Part shown: positions 34,901-39,401 of the stretch, one piece after another
How positions within the stretch are numbered: the stretch's first letter is position 1
Layout: each line of letters opens with the position of its first letter
From: an archaeon
Lineage (GTDB): Archaea; Nanobdellota; Nanobdellia; Woesearchaeales; UBA9642
Direction: 5' to 3'
Assembly: GCA_020057295.1 (NCBI GenBank)
Contig: JAGVGF010000001.1
Location: 1 to 64,000, forward strand
DNA: 64,000 nt
Program-made: the position numbers and the translations under genes
The notes under the pieces: generated by a model
What the model saw: the letters and a program-made list of their open reading frames with translations, nothing else
Database searches by the model: none
Told to the model about the DNA's origin: nothing

Positions 34901-37900
34901 AGTTTATAAGTGTAGTAATTGGTCATACACTAACGGAACATGTTCACAATTATATTGGACATTTATTCCATCAACATTAGGATTAGGATTTGTAACATTC
35001 AATATTACAGGATTCTCAGCATACGTTCTAGCATCAGCAGCAAGTCCAGCATATGTTGTCGGTGATAGTATATGTTCAGTAAATGCTGGTGAGAGTAATA
35101 GTAATTCGCCAACTGATTGTCCATCATCTGGTTCATCAACCACCACAACCACAGTAGTTAGTAGTTCTGGAGGCGGAGGAAGTAGTAGTTCTAGTAGTGG
35201 TGGTTCAACAGCAATAAGAACATCTGAAGGTATAAGTGAAAATAAATTAAAAGAAATATTATCATTAATGTTAAATCAAGATACAGGAGTTGCACTTGAT
35301 ACTTCAAGAATAAGTCGTGATTTATATCCTGGAGAATTTGCAGAAACTGTATTAAAAATTAAAAATAAATTAAATGATTCCGTATCATTAAAGATAACTG
35401 TTAGTGGAGCAATAACAGATATGGTTCATATTCCAGTACCATTCCAAGATGTTGCAATTGGTGAAACCATAAAAAATAATATATCATTTGCAATAAAACC
35501 AGATGCAAGACCAGGATTATATAGTGGAGAAATTACAGTACTTAGTGGTTCTGATCAAACACTTGCAAAAATACCTGTAGAAATAAGGATATTAGAGATT
35601 AAAGACCGTTTGTTGGATATGAAAGTTACTCCTATAACTGAGAATATTAACCCTGGAGATACAATAAAAGTTCAAATTGATGTGTTTAATTTAGGAACTA
35701 CAAAGCGTGTAGACTTACAAGTGAAGTTAAAACTTGTAGATCCAGAAACAATGGAATCTTACTCTGAAACTGAAGAGAGTATGGCTATTGAAACATCATT
35801 ATCTGTTATTAAACCATTAAAAGTCCCACAAAATATTCCTTTAGGAAGATATATTATACAAGGTGAAGGATCATATACTAATGGTCAGAGTTCTATGATT
35901 ACTCGAAGCATTGCTACAATTCAAATTGTTAGACCATGGTATAATTATATGATTGTTGGTGTTGTTCCTGTATGGATAGTATTATTAGGATTAGCATTTA
36001 TATTAATTAATATATTATTATTTGAGTGGTATGAAAAGAGGAGAGCTTCTAGGATGAAGTATCATGTTCCTGTAGATTTACATACACTGCCAATGCCTGG
36101 TCCTAGGGTGTCATTCTTAGGTAATATTGCTGATACTAATATAAGAACATTTGTTGAAGTTGATAAGTTACAGACTCATACAATAATTGCAGGTTCAACT
36201 GGTTCTGGTAAGTCTATTGCTGCACAAGTTATGGTTGAAGAAGCATTAAAGAATAATGTTGCTGTAATAGTATATGATCCAACAGCTCAATGGACTGGTT
36301 TCTTAAGAAAGTGTAATGAACGTAGAATGTTAAAAACTTATAGAGATTATGGTATGAGTGAAAGCGAGACTCGATCATTCAATGGAAATATTAGAACAAT
36401 AAGGGATGCTAGAGAGAAATTAAATATTACAAAATTATTGAAACCTGGTGAAATAACAATATTTGATGTTAGTAAATTAGAACCATCACAAATGGATTTG
36501 TTTGTTTCTAATACTGTTAAGCAAGTATTCGAAGCAAATCTTGAAGAATCTCCTCAATTAAAATTGTTAATAGTATACGATGAAGTACACAGATTATTAC
36601 CTAAATTCGGAGGATCTGGTGAAGGGTTCTTACAAATAGAGCGTGCAGTCAGAGAATTCAGAAAATGGGGTGTTGGTATCTTATTAATTTCACAAGTATT
36701 ATCAGACTTTATCGGACAAATTAAGGCGAATATTAATACAGAAGTACAAATGAAGACTCGTGATGAAGATGATCTTAATAGGACAAGAGTAAAATATGGT
36801 GATGATTTCCTAAAGATATTAGTTAAGAGTAATGTTGGAACTGGAATGATTGAGAATTCTGAATATAATAAAGGCAGACCTTATTTCATAAGTTTCAGGC
36901 CTATTTTACATTCAGTACAAAGATTGTCTGATGAAGAATTGAAGAAGTATGAAGAATACAATGGAAGGATAGATACTATAGAATGGGAAATTATGCAATT
37001 AAAAGATTATGATTATGACATATTTGATATTTCACTAGAGTTGAAGTTAGCTTCTGATAAATTAAAAGCTGGCGCGTTTAATATGGTAGATATATATCTT
37101 GAAGGAATTATCCCTCGATTAAAGAGTGCATGGGAAAAGATTGGAAAGAAACCAAAACCTTATGTTAAAGAATTAATTTCGGAAAAGGAATTAAAATCTT
37201 ATAAGGAAAAAACTAAAGATTTAGAAGGACACAAACTATTTGATAAGTCATTATTCATAAAACCATTGAGTAAGGAAGTGTTGATTGTTCAGGAAAAACG
37301 TATTGAGACTAGTATGAAATTGTTTGAGAATAACATTTCTAAAGGCATGCCTGGATTATTATTAACAAGAACAGGTCCTGATGCAATGAGGCAACAGCAT
37401 CCTAAGTTGAAAGATACTAAGATGATTTGGTTGAGTACTCAGATTAATAAGGAAAATGTCATATCTCCAAATATGATAGAACAAATGTATGAGGCTATGA
37501 ACTTGTTTATTAGTGAATGTAAAGGAGAAGAATGTGTAATACTACTAGATGGATTATCTGTAATAATCAATAATACATCATTTGATAGAACATTAAATTT
37601 ACTTGTGCATCTGAAAGATTCTACAGCAGGAAAGAATGTTACAGCTTTAATTCCTATAAATACAGACATATTGAAACGTGAGGATAAAGAACAGTTAGAA
37701 TCAGAGTTTAAGACTGTTAATGGGTGGAGAAGTGATGAAGAAATAGAGCAAGAGGATAAAGAATTGAAAGTTGAATCAAAGAAAAATTTACTAAAAGAAT
37801 CCAAATCAGTAAAAAATAATTTTATTACTACTGAAAATAATTATGAAGGCATGCAATTGATAGATTTATTAGATTTAGCAAAGCTAAAAGATGATACTAA

Positions 37901-38159
37901 GGAATTAAAACAAATATTCCATGTTATTAAATCAAAATATGATTCATTATCAGATAATTATAAGAAGGAATATCAAGAAAGTGTTGAATCTTTGGGTAGT
38001 AAATTGTACGGTGCTAATAAAATTAGTACTAGTATTAGAAGAGTTAAACATACTAAAAATAAAAAATTAATTGTTAAACGTTTAAAAATTAAACATAATA
38101 ATGTATCGCATAAAATAAAAAAGAAGTTAGTTAATAAGAAGACAAAAAAGAAGAGATAA
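13992..38159 (+). CDS. Giant 8055-aa surface protein: beta-propeller, beta-helix and Ig-like ectodomain, TM helix, cytoplasmic HerA/FtsK-like (DUF87) ATPase and DUF835-like domain
   Basis: N-terminal hydrophobic signal/anchor; SxDxGxTW Asp-boxes; NosD/PbH1-like repeats; TM at ~35952-36025; Walker A GSTGSGKS (36192-36215); Walker B IVYDEVH (~36570-36590); REFRKWGVGILLISQ; C-terminal LLLTR..IWLS..VILLDGL. Confidence 0.9.
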   Translation: MVSDSIRKNYIALFLLVIGLVTFSYLLFSQFSLTGYAAYEHKTSNSILLSSTLNSQNSYLDLNSYNLANVTAVRITGKVYGVGNVKIYLNTSNGNYLIYSGSLNSNNVITGYDILDINTTENVTDNTTFNQPITILDIINTDNTTGILVNNTENVTNIVVNVTENFTANITQNITENISETSNETVLNITENVTQEIITNITLTNTTENTTNDVIVNVTENVTQEIVVNVTENVTQEVITNVTENISSEFLLTFNNVCSESCVLPRVNVLGLTIISDNASVNITNLTYDYIVIEFENISQIKSLNNTVLILNKDQNIVLNLSEFFTGKILFDVTSSQGYTTNISGELLTITAVKAGDWPIKIYAAGNNVLLTSEEFTVRILETNKTNKVTLLRKVSHADKKVYLENKLGLKPQRGGLGIQSQGNNKVLKVDDVSVEELFVENETGNYTINGSTSVIISDVNNKNIINIDGLNTIDDLQKINVNVLDMATPIIYVQSVNITNATITLEKNGIVGSILTCNDIDYDSNTGICLNWQGSEIPFIDNGDSITFTVTHFSAYAGGQGNQSQMNISDDTDILVRGVNVQILFYANYTNTTSGVSINGTGLYCQIHFNTTGTYDAYVNMTFNTTSLIYQYNNSFSTSGIMYYQVLCDGTASGYEQLITQDPFAVSPPPIILNSSTIPSGSSNPNQNIIGYCNATINGTGDVSSYNYIWYRNDSFNTSGTMRNYGLAWSLSSASSNIWYDIDISRDGSKQVMCGSSVGVKYSSDYGQTWSVINSSTPNWRGIALSDDGKYITVVVLSGYVYVSNDTGTTWTALKTDNPRSWEGIEMSSNGSIQLLGQNSGYVYVSTDYGITFNAVNTGNILNWNSVAVSSNGSIMAAAANVGNIWTSYNNGSTWTSRDSSRAWSGLAMSSDGTKLVAGVYGGYLYTSNDSGVTWTPRATDAVRNWIGTAISDDGKNMYANAFGNYMYTSNDYGVTWIPTISTVTRNWYDVATSANGTFSTGVYNGGAYSINDNFSSNVSAPINILTGLGENNVYDNWTFSCQANSSSSSTSSWMNSSAVNVIGGCRNVLTSNQVITLTQNLSINDLSCFNVTASNITLDCNGYAIIGNDSTNAYGIYSNSTNTTVKNCVIKGFQYDVYFNSSKNGLIKDNIINTTAGNGIYLLFGSDNNTVNNNTIYSSTYNGNHGIDISSSSNNTIISNTMYASNSNAAGLYLSNTPSGNIILNNIIYANLTAGSMGGIQLAGASYNIIDNNTVYGGASSPAINYYSGTNNYNNLTNNALSGTTINVILMSGASYNNIINNTLNTTGSGVMLQVQGSSASNVFRNNTFNNFGTASTMQFTSGNNNVITGNYMNSTNGGGTAVIYVSGAITGFNITNNTIYHQTDYVKKGIYFNSVTSGFILDGNNITTIGYGDGLYISGSSGTQTVHNITTNNYINNLPIYYYDGTYKACPNNQVLEFNPNNQNISHLQFRGCTNITITGLNTTGFDSVTIWDSSYINVTNSIIKNYYGLSFLGSSNDSYITNNTIYGSISGSSGNALTLGTRMIVRYNTIVVSGGSSDGIVMSNIGYNIIDNNTITTSGSGSSDGIIPSGLYNNITNNYITTSGSTSHCIYPNSNDLIYNNTLISYSCCNGGVMAVYGSNNNITYNTITASSSTYTVTFSGAQNNYFTNNNITVLNGVVYALRVDSNANNNIFKNNTINVSSNINAIYLTTSHNNTFSYNSLNTSNGISIYILNGQNNTFSDFTLTNKNITSEYSSILNNNSLTNVTISPTNIYFTGGNNTTNMMPIKWWIDVYVNNTASGSAFPGANVLIRDVNNNLTFNGTTDSTGYATVRPNAIEYILTANKNYTSYNNYTVSTATGTGDSQSVNVTGNTIIILNSLQLACNLVIGQSIILTGNLSANASNCFNVTGNNVVIDCAGYSITGNNSLGTSGIYSTATNTTVKNCVINGFLYGIYYFGASNGTIYNNNITNNLSSSRSIYLKTGSYNNVSNNNISQSGTVADTIIELNGQFNDYIINNDIRSTSSYYPTYDLRLTPANNTLIQYNRFTHSAGSSGLILYVGGSNPGSNNDMIYDNNITDNGGATVIGVYSGTNNTFSRNIVTGVSSSVIYIQSVNGDYFYNNTFPKLWMYSSNNHLFVNNTFKGTGANGIEIQDSSNNNFTLGNSTGSYAIKFSYTSSGSINNTFTNITLSATTTHILLLAQSVNNSFYYNNLTGSGTWINNSNSTNTFNTTVNGVPQGNIYTNITAYDVSDSDGDKWADGGGQYPLNSSFAPTQWAGYGNDYGPYTSKIGCGVMRTGNTIITLTQNLSINSSTCFNITSANVTINCNGFSITGNFTANIYGIYSNQFNTTIKNCVINGFMDNIQLNSANNSLIYNNTLNGAYAVSSYRGNIYLTAVNNVTILNNRLNMTASNYEANVMFGGGGVTDNVWIDSNIMNGSGTYASNIRFQGGTINKIFVNNNTILMNCTSQNCNGIIAGGSNPSLINITNNNITLYPSSSASSSSLLISIPGILNILNNTLNVAGPNSPVDLFSITPSSGSNISNNIISTTNSYKNFILPPYAWSNVNISNNYINNKPIIAYGSLGVTCPNNLVISNFTYNSTTNYSYVGFSSCTNVTLNNLAYSGGLGVYSSTLNIYNSTFTNMTDRGIYFVSGTSALMNNNTFYQDGYFPAVSSYLIWSQYTNFNFTNNYVYYNNIYSPIILYTSGTGYVYNNVIDVNNSNGGILLLLQNGANSRVYNNIITAYNNSNSMGMRLQSGSSPSAYNNTLINLPIGISFQSTSNISCYDNTIINSTTYGVYYYGNGASSQLSSIYNNIITPYSGQGIYLEHSTYNVTIYNNIINGTPGYGIYFTFVKVNISVYNNTISSKANSAAGIYYDSNPPTAYPNYNVIIANNNITLNGTSSNGIYYNNGANASRVYGNTIDMNNAAGSKAIYISQTNTRDNVFYYNTILNSPTWVSNANETNQFNTTVNGQAQGNTYPNITSYDINDNNFDGYGETGTQYPVNATIFPTKWVGVGADYGPATNKFGCGTISTTNVVLTLSQNLSVNSSTCFNITARNVTIDCNGFSITGNNSAGTYGIYTNSTNTTVTNCVISNFSTGLGINSSYVTVRNNTLRQSISYGLYVFAGSNINISGNNITSNGNSITYFKNVYNSTFSNNYLYNYTTNHYYIDLNSNVTFFNILNNSFAGTAVSSSRMVSMSAITSNIFIANNTALITGTTGTSNIFVKLYGGSSNITIDSNNVSFYGSSTAGGNYIIEGGQSLPYTNILIKNNTFILSGGVVNYVLYLNSHGGGSYTLTSNTISVSQNNSGLYLLAGYGRDYNISTSNLINGRPTLFYHPTYNPCPNNQVFTNNTFSLLGFVGCNNITVSGVNVNNTEGVWIIASNITILNSNFTDSFVGVHISGGALANITNNVISAYVMPIYISGNDGAVSNQFFYRNNVTAKTGSILQYYSTVSSINYIDNDFLSLTANTLEISSSISDKFINNRITALSAYYPILFSSASYLNFTGNNLTTGTGYGMYFAGTVSYSSFYNNNIFSSSSAIRVASQLVHNVFSGGSINGTYGIHLASSSSNNNTFKGINITASIANVYVVSTSYNNTFYWNYFNGSGIWVNNSNSTNSFNFTLNSVSQGNYYPNITSYDINDMNFDGWGDAGTQYPINATTFPTKWAGIGADYNPATNKFGCGTISTSNIVATMSVNISVNGSTCFTITGVNVTLDCNGYSIIGNQTTSTYGIIANANNTVIRNCNIQDFFVGVYYQTGKSHGQIYNNNITVNVSISSGVAARLDGNNITFYNNTAASVGSSGASYPVFISGGYVNITNNNLRTSGGGTNSHAIFISTIVGGVIDRNNINASASASRGIYIAQGRDYNITNNIIYAPSTYEAIYLQDVHRVLFLNNNLSTTGNTAIDLSSGGGSTNASDNNFIGGSITGKIFFEYDRCINNTFTNVTLNSSSTHIDLTVGKYNTFYYNNFTGTGTWITNNNETNQFNTSVNGVAQGNFYPSINSYLVYDNNQNGWAETGSQYPFNNVTVSSKWTGIGADYGPATTNFGCGNLGTANTNYILPNNVSVNSSTCFIITAQNVTLDCAGYSISGNTSAETSGVYSTMFNTTVKNCKINGFNYGIYFNATNNGTIQNNNINATQTSGYGIYLRNGVNYTNVLNNTVSTNANSGIGILLQSNSNMNSVYNNTISTWVSNSHAILLNQNCQYNLIYNNIVSTNDSGSIGIRLQNSNDYNVVYSNIISTTGSSSHGIHLVSGGSRYNSFYNNNLIINGSTAYGVYLSTIQAYNNFTSNNISSAQSYGMLLDSGAYDNMISLGSINGTIAVILTFSSKNNIFTNITLNGSTSNVYADSTSGNNTFYYNNFTGSGMWVNNSNETNSFNTTVTGIAQGNYYSNINSYDINDYIPDGWGDAGTQYPINAATIPTKWTGLGADYGPATTKFGCGTITQPDRTYNLTSDLNINGATCFIIAAQNVTIDCKNYNIIGNNTPYTYGIYSNQYFYTAYNCSNIINFTDTVEQPGTIGNATTNNRLITDKLAGIPYSFLHNVTVNNTGNSSMLNLTIVEIVSSRGAKIQSVADYSSNCTTDLKQNTYCYKTYNITTVVSLTAGQQYPAVTFQVNWSNHNSTNVTQTSSFDIIIQANPQMYVSSTNLLLNSGFSNPNITTLTVDSIGNVDLGTLSTQADSVFVTMTGSIPSSWIKFSSSDSYWNNTCGSDCWDLLYMNSPLDLKLNTTITNYSTATYTGKINITSYIASSVQTYKEINITINVTSSISTSNNNINQTTNISNINSNIVTINNNGNAPLTDVVVTYYNNTLPASWIIINSNSSSWNSSGNKWSGIVEGSSAYLNVSLNVQSYTPGTYNGYFTINTTEGGSSRINISTTINPQISHNTTLTPNLHHGTTNIIPLTINSNGNAKATSINTTFITGTLPSTWISLSYGSNNGQSVNIGDIIEGNSKDVNITVVIPSFQDPGQYNGTINITGTNVADSIVNIFVNVTANTSWYIVSPVNKTNSFTLNQAGILANITINNTGNNPLNFTINYNIGYNAGGDLCSGYYCLGTPQPAGSNPTSILIQKNSTGTFSIIIPESTDSKTNVGVEVNISNVNATPTVLTSIIVFNVTNQPPQLVYLNATPNNYTELYYPIVVQSIITDDEPETAVIGMNISSVYFNITNPQGTVYTINSTNITVTNLTLQGVADRKRFNTSFTNTNLEGIYNLTVFIKDKSNNYIASNNYSFQVLGYTTVGITTSQNITSSNITQLHGEIVNSNITVTITGLTNAYNANITAVTPNGWTVTTTNIGNLTVGQLVNGTLNITLPLGTVPGTYSLTPVVSWQNANGSFNNNTGSPFTVIVNNNPEIITNNVINTVMNHNSNTSIIIEINSTGNVNYGDGTNPASIVFESGNIPIGWLSFDNTLTLLTKTLGILTKNVTRNVTVYLNIPKGTLPGNYTGLFNISSLSYSYNKYQQANFTLTILIDSNSWNATTLSSTNDFSLNSAGNMASVNVTNDGNGNLTFNITYPNYGDTDYNSYTNLFNINQNVSGTIVNRDNITLVPAASSILYVYQTGRNITLQNVGINVTINVSGTVRNVPLIFNITDHNPIISQITFLNNSNGQDQNYTELNTHITLKSVVTDDRDINITALTFNVTMPNSTVITLIGSSTNENILYQGQYVSMNFTQVFTNSNISGVYAVTSTIKDLTGQYTTSSPYLFNVLGGTTLTVTPNSTLYNASNVTLENSQNITVTLNLTNVGYVTARNINVTANLTSNNSNWIVYPLNYSIYVSQNSTTVSLIINIPANTTPGIYNINPAVFWSNPNSSIGSYNYGLINISVDSTKIVRFNTYTTNYTIKHGTTNITVLRIDSVGNDDASNVMITLINTPNNFTVTANPGSISSIPKGEYRSVNLSITPTQGLTNGTYTFDVKVRNDGKQYYSDNYTVTVVVPASYEWNITARNATLVHNSNFTLHGVSGQNNQNTELTVTSYSNVPIFFTNILTGVVKDAGIMNVINPTKTLQPLQSYNITLNHTAPANNNNYTGVLTIDDGQSATDINILYGSHLANLTINSITPNISLRAGDIISINSSIVYEGSPVTGNLTPIIIVNGTTCTLNSTSFVGNYFITNCSLPSALDASYHSLRMNVDYSTALGVIPLTSTQINGLYYKDVTNPNVQIIVLDSVENGGSITISVNTTDNTVIDKVIAQVTTPVGVIKNFTLSNTNNATIYNITLNSSTNLSELGIFNVRYIVNDTTGNVNSTQTTSLEIYSLRTFSGVLKDLNNIPFVVNFTLTNGLTTINFSTNSSGHYNVTLYARIYNISMIFSTYNITIYDAPLFNVSTLMNLDRVTSSDVTSQLVGAIRGFVVETQMPVTSMIVINFGSDIVTSKDNLRVYQCGGWNYTSRICSSYWWQQLDNQVDKINNVVSASIPVFANTTSAFVLSEIPSNPTPILNLPIKTVSMDINHSSSKTAFLEVQSIGTAAINNIYASCTSGTICTNGFGLLTTNISSLPIGTFAYMNVTVTVPTYQDPGLYTGTMSVIGGTASDTFTLNVNVPSLVLYNYTLNNNYLNAGSQDTGTFTNLRINNTGNAALIINLTANSSDITFSESGFTISKNSYKDISLYYTAPANIGLYYYNISIINPSLATQNFNLSLNVSHQIDITSLTPTQSLYANDTITLKANAMNGLSFVITNVTWNITVNGSVCTNLQSLYSSAQGLWIVTCNVPSVADRTNHTLRVSGYFDGQYSYDTYPIIYVDTFPPSLVNVTDNAAKTGGTIQINSTAVDDSNISTASATIISPIGATINPIVTLLNKTIVSEYVFTELGDYNISYTVTDANNNTLTTSKIFEIYQPITFTGNVFKGNGQGLSNLTFKLYRRSGDLTEQFSTGNNGLYSQVIRNRTYSVVSIDYGSTNILLDNVRLANYVNQFNLDPVNTSNIAIADTSSVVTGIAVNTNISTTGNVTFTYNGIFNGNPSNLKVYKCSNWSYTNGTCSQLYWTFIPSTLGLGFVTFNITGFSAYVLASAASPAYVVGDSICSVNAGESNSNSPTDCPSSGSSTTTTTVVSSSGGGGSSSSSSGGSTAIRTSEGISENKLKEILSLMLNQDTGVALDTSRISRDLYPGEFAETVLKIKNKLNDSVSLKITVSGAITDMVHIPVPFQDVAIGETIKNNISFAIKPDARPGLYSGEITVLSGSDQTLAKIPVEIRILEIKDRLLDMKVTPITENINPGDTIKVQIDVFNLGTTKRVDLQVKLKLVDPETMESYSETEESMAIETSLSVIKPLKVPQNIPLGRYIIQGEGSYTNGQSSMITRSIATIQIVRPWYNYMIVGVVPVWIVLLGLAFILINILLFEWYEKRRASRMKYHVPVDLHTLPMPGPRVSFLGNIADTNIRTFVEVDKLQTHTIIAGSTGSGKSIAAQVMVEEALKNNVAVIVYDPTAQWTGFLRKCNERRMLKTYRDYGMSESETRSFNGNIRTIRDAREKLNITKLLKPGEITIFDVSKLEPSQMDLFVSNTVKQVFEANLEESPQLKLLIVYDEVHRLLPKFGGSGEGFLQIERAVREFRKWGVGILLISQVLSDFIGQIKANINTEVQMKTRDEDDLNRTRVKYGDDFLKILVKSNVGTGMIENSEYNKGRPYFISFRPILHSVQRLSDEELKKYEEYNGRIDTIEWEIMQLKDYDYDIFDISLELKLASDKLKAGAFNMVDIYLEGIIPRLKSAWEKIGKKPKPYVKELISEKELKSYKEKTKDLEGHKLFDKSLFIKPLSKEVLIVQEKRIETSMKLFENNISKGMPGLLLTRTGPDAMRQQHPKLKDTKMIWLSTQINKENVISPNMIEQMYEAMNLFISECKGEECVILLDGLSVIINNTSFDRTLNLLVHLKDSTAGKNVTALIPINTDILKREDKEQLESEFKTVNGWRSDEEIEQEDKELKVESKKNLLKESKSVKNNFITTENNYEGMQLIDLLDLAKLKDDTKELKQIFHVIKSKYDSLSDNYKKEYQESVESLGSKLYGANKISTSIRRVKHTKNKKLIVKRLKIKHNNVSHKIKKKLVNKKTKKKR
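14430..14730 (+). repeat. Intragenic tandem repeat (~36-bp / 12-aa units, VNVTENVTQExx)
   Basis: Repeated AATGTTAC(A/C/T)GAGAATGT(T/C)ACTCAAGAA units encoding dense N-x-T sequons. Confidence 0.8.
17187..27540 (+). repeat. Six complete and one truncated beta-helix modules within the giant gene
   Basis: Module starts 'C..L..N.S.N.STCF.ITA.NVT.DC.G(Y/F)SI.GN' near 17187, 19650, 20874, 23088, 25056, 26157 and 27333. A 36-bp exact repeat lies at 23073-23108/25041-25076 and a 41/42-bp repeat at 24951-24992/27228-27269. Confidence 0.88.
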
Positions 38160-38182
38160 TTATTTTTAAAGAGGTGTGAAAA

Positions 38183-39379
38183 ATGTTATTTTTCAAGAAG
38201 AAAGGACAAGCAACAGATAATATTAATGATTCTGAAGCTGAAAAATTGACTGCGGATACTATTCCTACAGTTAGTGGTAGAGGTAATGCTGATGTTGATT
38301 TGCTTAAAGCTAAAATCATTGCTCAGGAAGAATATCGTAAAACAATTATTGAACGATTAAATAGACAGTCTGAAGAGATTGGTGAATTGCGTGCTGGGCT
38401 TGTTAATTCTCAACATGATCTTGAAAAATTAAAAGTTCAGACTGAGAAGACTATAAGTAAGGTTGAGGAAGTTAAACCTGAAGGATTATTTTTAGAGGTT
38501 AAGCATGTTGATGCTAAGATTGAGACATTAAAGGCTAAGATTTCTTTGGTTGATGATGTTAATACTAAGATTCGTGAGGAATTGCGTGATATTCGTGAGA
38601 GTGTTAAGGGTTTTAGGGGTTTGAATGAAGTTTTAAAGCTTGGTGAAGATGTTAAGGTTGATGTTACAACTTTTAGAAAGATTGAGGCTTCAGTTAATAA
38701 GGATGCTGCTAAGGTTGAAAATATCTTTGTAACATTACAAAAAACTCTTAGCGACATTCAACGTGCTAGAAATAGTATTGAGTATATTGATGAGAATCAG
38801 AAAAAATTAGATAAACAGTTGAATGAGTTGAATGAAAAAATTGTTTCTATGGCGCGTAAGGAAGATTTAGTTGATTTAAAGAGCAGTGTTAATAAAAATT
38901 TAGTATATTTAGATAAGGAGATGGATAAAATTAGAGCTATTGATACTAAGGTTACTTTGAATATTAGTAAGATGGATCAACGTCAGGCACAGATTGATGC
39001 GTTGCAGGAAAAATTAGCTAGTACTATTAGTTCTAGTGATATTAAGAAGATGGTTGAGATTGAGTCTGAATTCAAGGAATTAAAAGGGAAGGTTGTTAAT
39101 ACTGTTGATAAGGACTCTTTTACTGATTTGCGTTATATGGTTATGAAGGATATGGGTAATTTGTCTCGTAAGTTTGATCAGGAGCGTCGTGTGTTGTCTC
39201 GTAGTGTTAGTACTGCACAATCTTATCGTAAGCAGACTGTTGCTGTTGCTAGGCTTGAGAGTAAATTATCTAAGGAGAATGATAAATTAAAGCGTGAAGT
39301 TAAAATGTTGCGTGATCAATTATCATCTACAGGCAGAGATATTAAAGCATTGCAAAAGATAATAAAGAAAAACAAGTAA
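38183..39379 (+). CDS. Long coiled-coil protein, probably co-transcribed with the giant gene
   Basis: 398 aa with heptad-rich L/I/V-K/E pattern and no TM; starts 23 bp after the giant ORF, with GAGGTG SD. Confidence 0.8.
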   Translation: MLFFKKKGQATDNINDSEAEKLTADTIPTVSGRGNADVDLLKAKIIAQEEYRKTIIERLNRQSEEIGELRAGLVNSQHDLEKLKVQTEKTISKVEEVKPEGLFLEVKHVDAKIETLKAKISLVDDVNTKIREELRDIRESVKGFRGLNEVLKLGEDVKVDVTTFRKIEASVNKDAAKVENIFVTLQKTLSDIQRARNSIEYIDENQKKLDKQLNELNEKIVSMARKEDLVDLKSSVNKNLVYLDKEMDKIRAIDTKVTLNISKMDQRQAQIDALQEKLASTISSSDIKKMVEIESEFKELKGKVVNTVDKDSFTDLRYMVMKDMGNLSRKFDQERRVLSRSVSTAQSYRKQTVAVARLESKLSKENDKLKREVKMLRDQLSSTGRDIKALQKIIKKNK

Positions 39380-39401
39380 AAAATTTAAATTTTTATTTTT
39401 T

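Noticed and set aside
13992-38159. Intein or stop-codon recoding as the cause of the giant ORF
   Set aside because: No intein terminal motifs or homing-endonuclease signature were noticed, and the ORF and its neighbours read normally in the standard code.
36190-39379. HerA-NurA-Mre11-Rad50 repair operon
   Set aside because: The ATPase is fused to a TM and ectodomain, no NurA or Mre11 is adjacent, and the coiled-coil protein lacks Walker A and a zinc hook.
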